Positions 60,830 to 64,000 of a DNA stretch of 64,000 nt are shown in pieces (within the stretch, counting starts at the first letter, position 1; each line of letters starts with the position of its first letter). The DNA comes from Actinomycetota bacterium (GTDB lineage Bacteria > Actinomycetota > Acidimicrobiia > Acidimicrobiales > Aldehydirespiratoraceae). Under the pieces are notes generated by a model. That model saw nothing but the letters and a program-made list of their open reading frames with translations, did no database searches and was not told where the DNA came from. The stretch lies in the NCBI GenBank assembly GCA_039193795.1, contig JBCCWI010000011.1, forward strand, positions 796 through 64,795, given 5' to 3'. The position numbers and the translations under genes are program-made.

Positions 60830-62347
60830 TCAGTCGATGATGTTGTCGTACACCCAGTCGTTGTAGGTGACGCCCTCCGGCAGCACATGTCGGGTCGCCT
60901 GATCGGCGGGTGCCTGGCGCCACTCGGGGGCCGTGCCTCCGGCGTAGAGCTCACGCAGGAAGGTGCGTCGACGCTGGCTCTCCTCGACGAGCGGGCCGAG
61001 GGTTTCGAGGTCCCACCGGTCCTCGACGAGGGCGTTGAGTTCGGTCTGTGCCTCGGCGTAGGCGGCGTCGTCGGCGAGGTTGGTCAGCTCATGGGGGTCG
61101 GTGCGGAGGTCGAAGAGCTGGGCCGGATCGCAGCCGCTCCACACGTACTTCATCGCGCCGCGCTTGGCCATGAGGATCGGGGCGGTGGCGCCCTCGGACA
61201 GGTTCTCGCCGAACACGACGTCACGATCGCTGGTGAGCAGCGACGTGCCCTCGATCGGCTCGACGACGTGGGTCCCGCCGGCCAGCTCGACGAACGTCGG
61301 CAGCAGGTCGGCGAGCGAGACGTTGCGGCTGCTTCGCCCCGGGTCGATCCCAGCGCCGGCGACGAGCAGCGGGATGCGCGACGACGGCTCGAAGAACGAG
61401 CGCTTGTACCAGAGGCCCCGTTCGCCGAGGAAGTCGCCGTGGTCGGTCGAGAACACGATGACCGTGTTGTCGGCCATGCCCGACTCTTCGAGTGCACCGA
61501 GGACTTCCCCGACGATGTCATCGCAGTAGCTCACCGAGCCGTAGTAGCCGTGGCGAGCGGTGCGGATCTGCTTGGCGGTCGGCACGAAGTGTTCGAGGCC
61601 GGTCTGTTGCAGCAGTCGCAGGCTGTACGGGTCCTGCTCGTCGAGTCGTCCGACGGCCGGCATGTCGATCTCGTCGTGGTCGTAGCGCGCCCAGTGTTCG
61701 TGGTCGCACTGGTACGGATCGTGGGGGTGGGTGAACGACAGCGTGAGGTGCCATGGCTGGCCGTCGTCGATGCCGACGCCACGTCCGAGGTCGAAGAGCT
61801 TGCGGCGGGCGCGGTGCAGGACCTCCTCGTCGTAGTCGATCTGCACGTTGCGGGTGACCGGTCCGGCGAGGGTGAACGAACGGGCGTCGTTGCCGTGCTC
61901 CTCGCTGGTGTCGGTCCAGTCACCGGTCCACTGGAAGCTGGCGGGGTAGATGTCGATCGTGAGTCGTTCGTCGAATCCGTGGAGCTGGTCGGCACCGACG
62001 AAGTGCATCTTGCCGACCAGGGCGGTGTGGTAGCCGGCCGCCTTGAGATAGTGCGCGTAGGTCGGATACGAGCTCGGGAACTCCGCGCCGTTGTCGTACG
62101 CGCCGACCTCGGAGGCCAGCCGCCCCGACAGCATCGAGAAGCGGCTCGGCGCGCAGAGGGCGAAGTTCGTGTATGCCGAGTCGAACACGAGTGAGCGTTC
62201 GGCGAGTCCGTCGAGATGCGGTGTCTTCGCGATCGGGTTGCCGTACGCCGGGAGGAACGAGGCGGCGAGCTGGTCGACCTGGATGAACACGATGTTCGGC
62301 TGCGGCACGGCGAGAGTCTGCCGCAGCGAGCCAGTGCGCGCATCCAC
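60830..62347 (-). CDS. betC: Choline-sulfatase
   Basis: 505 aa. The formylglycine motif CAPSR sits in YTNFALCAPSRFSMLSG. Long collinear matches to Sinorhizobium BetC as I recall it: YDNGAEF..S.PTYAHYL..AGY.TAL.GKMHFVG.DQLHGF.ERL..DIYPA.F, SFTHPHDPY and DHGD.LGERGLW.K..FFE.S.R.PL. Confidence 0.85.
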   Translation of the reverse strand: MDARTGSLRQTLAVPQPNIVFIQVDQLAASFLPAYGNPIAKTPHLDGLAERSLVFDSAYTNFALCAPSRFSMLSGRLASEVGAYDNGAEFPSSYPTYAHYLKAAGYHTALVGKMHFVGADQLHGFDERLTIDIYPASFQWTGDWTDTSEEHGNDARSFTLAGPVTRNVQIDYDEEVLHRARRKLFDLGRGVGIDDGQPWHLTLSFTHPHDPYQCDHEHWARYDHDEIDMPAVGRLDEQDPYSLRLLQQTGLEHFVPTAKQIRTARHGYYGSVSYCDDIVGEVLGALEESGMADNTVIVFSTDHGDFLGERGLWYKRSFFEPSSRIPLLVAGAGIDPGRSSRNVSLADLLPTFVELAGGTHVVEPIEGTSLLTSDRDVVFGENLSEGATAPILMAKRGAMKYVWSGCDPAQLFDLRTDPHELTNLADDAAYAEAQTELNALVEDRWDLETLGPLVEESQRRRTFLRELYAGGTAPEWRQAPADQATRHVLPEGVTYNDWVYDNIID

Positions 62348-62373
62348 CCGGCCGTGACCGCTCGGTCAGACGT

Positions 62374-63339
62374 TCACCACTCGAGGCGGCGGACGGAGGC
62401 TCCTTCGGTCGCCGCCTCGAGGAACGCTCTGGCCTCCTCGAGCACGACGCGTTGGCGCTCGGCATCGCCAGGTGGGCCGAGCGGACGGCCGAGGGGTTGC
62501 GGGGTCAGCACGAGTCGAGGGATCGACATCGGGATCATGCGGCCGGCGAACGTCTCCGACGCGATCATGACCGTCGGGATTCCGGCCGCTTCGAGCAGGC
62601 GTGCGACGTGCCCCACGGACACGTGGCAGACCGGTCAAAGGGGGACGAGGAACGCCGCTTCGATCCCGTCGGTCCGGAACTGCTCGACCCACTCGGGGCC
62701 GGTCTTCTTGGTGAGGCGGACCTGTGAGCAGGCGCCGACGAAGGAGAAGGCACCGGCGTACTCGCCGAGCGCGCCGTCGGCGGCCCACGCCTCCATGTGG
62801 TCGATCGGGAGGCCGACGTTGTGGTCGAGCTGCGCCCCTTCGATCGGGTAGCCGCCGTGGCGGACGCGCAGCTGGTCACCCGTCGTGCCCGGAGGGATCG
62901 ACGACAGCGACGGCGCCTCCTTGAGGAAGTCCTGGATGCGTTCGACCGCTTCGTCCTGGGTCATGTCGGCGACGCCGAACGGTTCGGGGTCGTCGCCGTC
63001 GAGGAAGTGGCCGCTCGATGTGACCAGGGCGACCTTACGCTCGGAGAGCGGCGACGACAGCGGGGTGAACGGGGCGTCGTCGTAGCTGAACTGGCCGGGT
63101 TTGTCGTAGGCCCTGACCTGCCAGTCCTTGAGGAAGAGCGCCATCTCCCGAGCTCGTTCGTCGGTGCCGTCGGCGACGGTCACCGCATGACGGATCAGTT
63201 CTTCGAAGAAGGTGGCGGCGTCGGCCTCGTCGAGCGCGGCCAGGAACTTGGCATCGAGGTTGGTGCGGGTGCTGTAGGAGAAGGAGTTCTTGAAGGCCTC
63301 GAACGTCTCCGGTGTCGGCTGGTCCTGCTCATCGCTCAT
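62374..63339 (-). CDS. GrdB/PrdB-family (glycine/sarcosine/betaine/D-proline reductase selenoprotein B-like) protein with in-frame UGA (candidate Sec, about U235) in a U-P-V-C motif
   Basis: Track ORFs 62635..63381 and 62374..62622 are in the same frame, separated only by TGA (62635..62637). The joined reading is ...GIEAAFLVPL-U-PVCHVSVGHVARLLEAAGIPTVMIASETFAGRMIPMSIPRLVLTPQPLGRPLGPPGDAERQRVVLEEARAFL... This parallels the GrdB region around Sec as I recall it (..ILTST-U-GTCTRCGATMVKEIERAGIPVVH....RIVP...PHPLGNP...). The likely start is the ATG at 63339 (MSDEQDQ). Confidence 0.65.
62602..62628 (-). promoter_or_regulatory. SECIS-like hairpin 3' of the in-frame UGA
   Basis: The mRNA reads UGA CCGGUC then UGCCACGUG-[UCCGUGGGG]-CACGUCGCA. 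This gives 8 pairs plus one C.C mismatch. The G-rich 9-nt loop begins 16 nt after the UGA. A shorter alternative is CCACG-UGUC-CGUGG. Confidence 0.35.
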
Positions 63340-63432
63340 GTGCTCATCATGTCTCAGCGGTGTCGGCGACGGCGTACCCAATGGTCGTCACGGCGACAGG
63401 CGACGGCCTCGCCCGCCGATCGGATTCGTCTG

Positions 63433-63497
63433 GGTGTCGCACCGTAGTGGAACGCCGTTCGCCGCCCCCGGCCTGCGTTCCACTACCGTGCGACACC
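63433..63497 (-). terminator. Very stable hairpin (23-nt arms, 22 paired) overlapping the stop codon of the small upstream ORF
   Basis: GGTGTCGCACCGTAGTGGAACGC (63433..63455) and GCGTTCCACTACCGTGCGACACC (63475..63497) are reverse complements with one central mismatch, separated by a 19-nt loop. The stop (complement of 63483..63485) lies inside one arm. No U-tract follows. Confidence 0.5.
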
Positions 63498-63776
63498 CCT
63501 CACCAGAGTCCGCAATGCGGCGGTTCGGTGGATCATCCGGTGTCTGGTGGTGCGGGGGAGATCACCGATCGCGTCGTGACCGTGTCCGGTGCGGACGACA
63601 CGGCCACGCCGGACCTCGGCCCGAAAGGCGTCCGGGATCGTACGACTGGCGCGGCCGCCGACTCGGAACCCGTCGGCCTCGAGGTCGAGCCGGAGCTCGG
63701 CGACCGTCGCCGAGCCGCCTCGTTCGATGAGCAGGGTGACCAGGTAGCGGCGCAGATCGAGGGTGTGAAGGATCAC
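63483..63776 (-). CDS. Small hypothetical protein (about 97 aa), possibly winged-helix-like
   Basis: GTG at 63776 (VILHTLDLRRYLVTLLIERGGSATVAELRLDLEADGF...). GC3-rich codon usage in this frame. The part of ORF 63483..63947 upstream of this start overlaps the acyl-CoA dehydrogenase gene and looks non-coding. Confidence 0.35.
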   Translation of the reverse strand: MILHTLDLRRYLVTLLIERGGSATVAELRLDLEADGFRVGGRASRTIPDAFRAEVRRGRVVRTGHGHDAIGDLPRTTRHRMIHRTAALRTLVRGVAR

Positions 63777-63807
63777 CGCCCGAGCCTGCTCGGGCGGTGT
63801 GACCTGC

Positions 63808-64000
63808 CTAGGCGTAGGAACGCTTGGCGACCTCTTCGAGCATGACCTCGGTGGCACCACCACCGATCGGCAGGATGCGGGCATCTCGGTACATGCGCTC
63901 GATGGTGGACTCTCGCATGTAGCCCATCCCGCCGTGGAACTGCACACAGTCGTACATGACCTGGTTGACGACCTCGCAGCCCCAGGCCTTCACGCCCGAC
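63808..64000 (-). CDS. Acyl-CoA dehydrogenase, C-terminal end (partial; 5' part lies beyond the window end)
   Basis: The ORF tail ...AWGCEVVNQVMYDCVQFHGGMGYMRESTIERMYRDARILPIGGGATEVMLEEVAKRSYA is the canonical ACAD C-terminus. The reading frame stays open to position 64000. Confidence 0.75.
   Translation of the reverse strand, partial: SGVKAWGCEVVNQVMYDCVQFHGGMGYMRESTIERMYRDARILPIGGGATEVMLEEVAKRSYA

Noticed and set aside
1-64000. Search for mobile elements, prophage, integrons, tRNA/rRNA genes or a compositionally foreign island
   Set aside because: I saw no transposase, integrase or recombinase-like translations and no long terminal inverted repeats. The intergenic gaps are too short for tRNA or rRNA genes, and I found no such structures in them. 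GC content looks uniformly high, apart from short promoter regions.

Overview
This is a very GC-rich (by eye roughly 70% G+C, not computed), densely packed chromosomal segment. It looks actinobacterial: a mycothiol-type DinB/MDMPI protein, a deazaflavin (DDN-like) reductase, a SARP/BTAD regulator, two ECF sigma factors, many GTG starts and many 4-nt start/stop overlaps. I can support about 62 protein-coding genes. I found no rRNA or tRNA, no CRISPR array, and no transposase, integrase or phage genes. Most long ORFs in the track are antisense or out-of-frame artefacts of the high GC content.

Gene content falls into three groups:
- Housekeeping and regulatory genes: coaA, prolyl oligopeptidase, a two-component system, ECF sigma pairs and MFS/SulP transporters.
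- Osmolyte and one-carbon metabolism: choline sulfatase, four sarcosine-oxidase-like subunits and a homocysteine S-methyltransferase.
- A composite catabolic island at about 46.4-60.8 kb. It holds a P450, an acetoacetate-decarboxylase-family protein, a LigB-type extradiol dioxygenase, FAH/ALDH/HpaI-type meta-cleavage enzymes, an acyl-CoA dehydrogenase, a CoA-transferase, a glutamine-synthetase-like enzyme with a gamma-glutamyl hydrolase, and crotonases.

The two most interesting signals are genes that the ORF track splits at an in-frame TGA lying exactly on a redox-active U-x-x-C position. Each TGA is followed by a stable hairpin at SECIS-like distance.
- One is a PRX_like2 redoxin (18548..19096).
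- The other is an orphan GrdB/PrdB-family 'selenoprotein B'-like gene (62374..63339), immediately upstream of choline sulfatase.

Other notable items:
- The palindrome TTCGGTACCGAA recurs in three divergent promoter regions of the catabolic island.
- An OpgC-like membrane protein carries a frameshift.
- A regulator combines an N-terminal STAND/MalT-like ATPase with a C-terminal SARP module.
- An ECF sigma factor is translationally coupled to a DUF3291-VOC fusion.
- A 23-bp-stem hairpin overlaps a stop codon.

All family assignments come from reading motifs in the translations. No database search was run.
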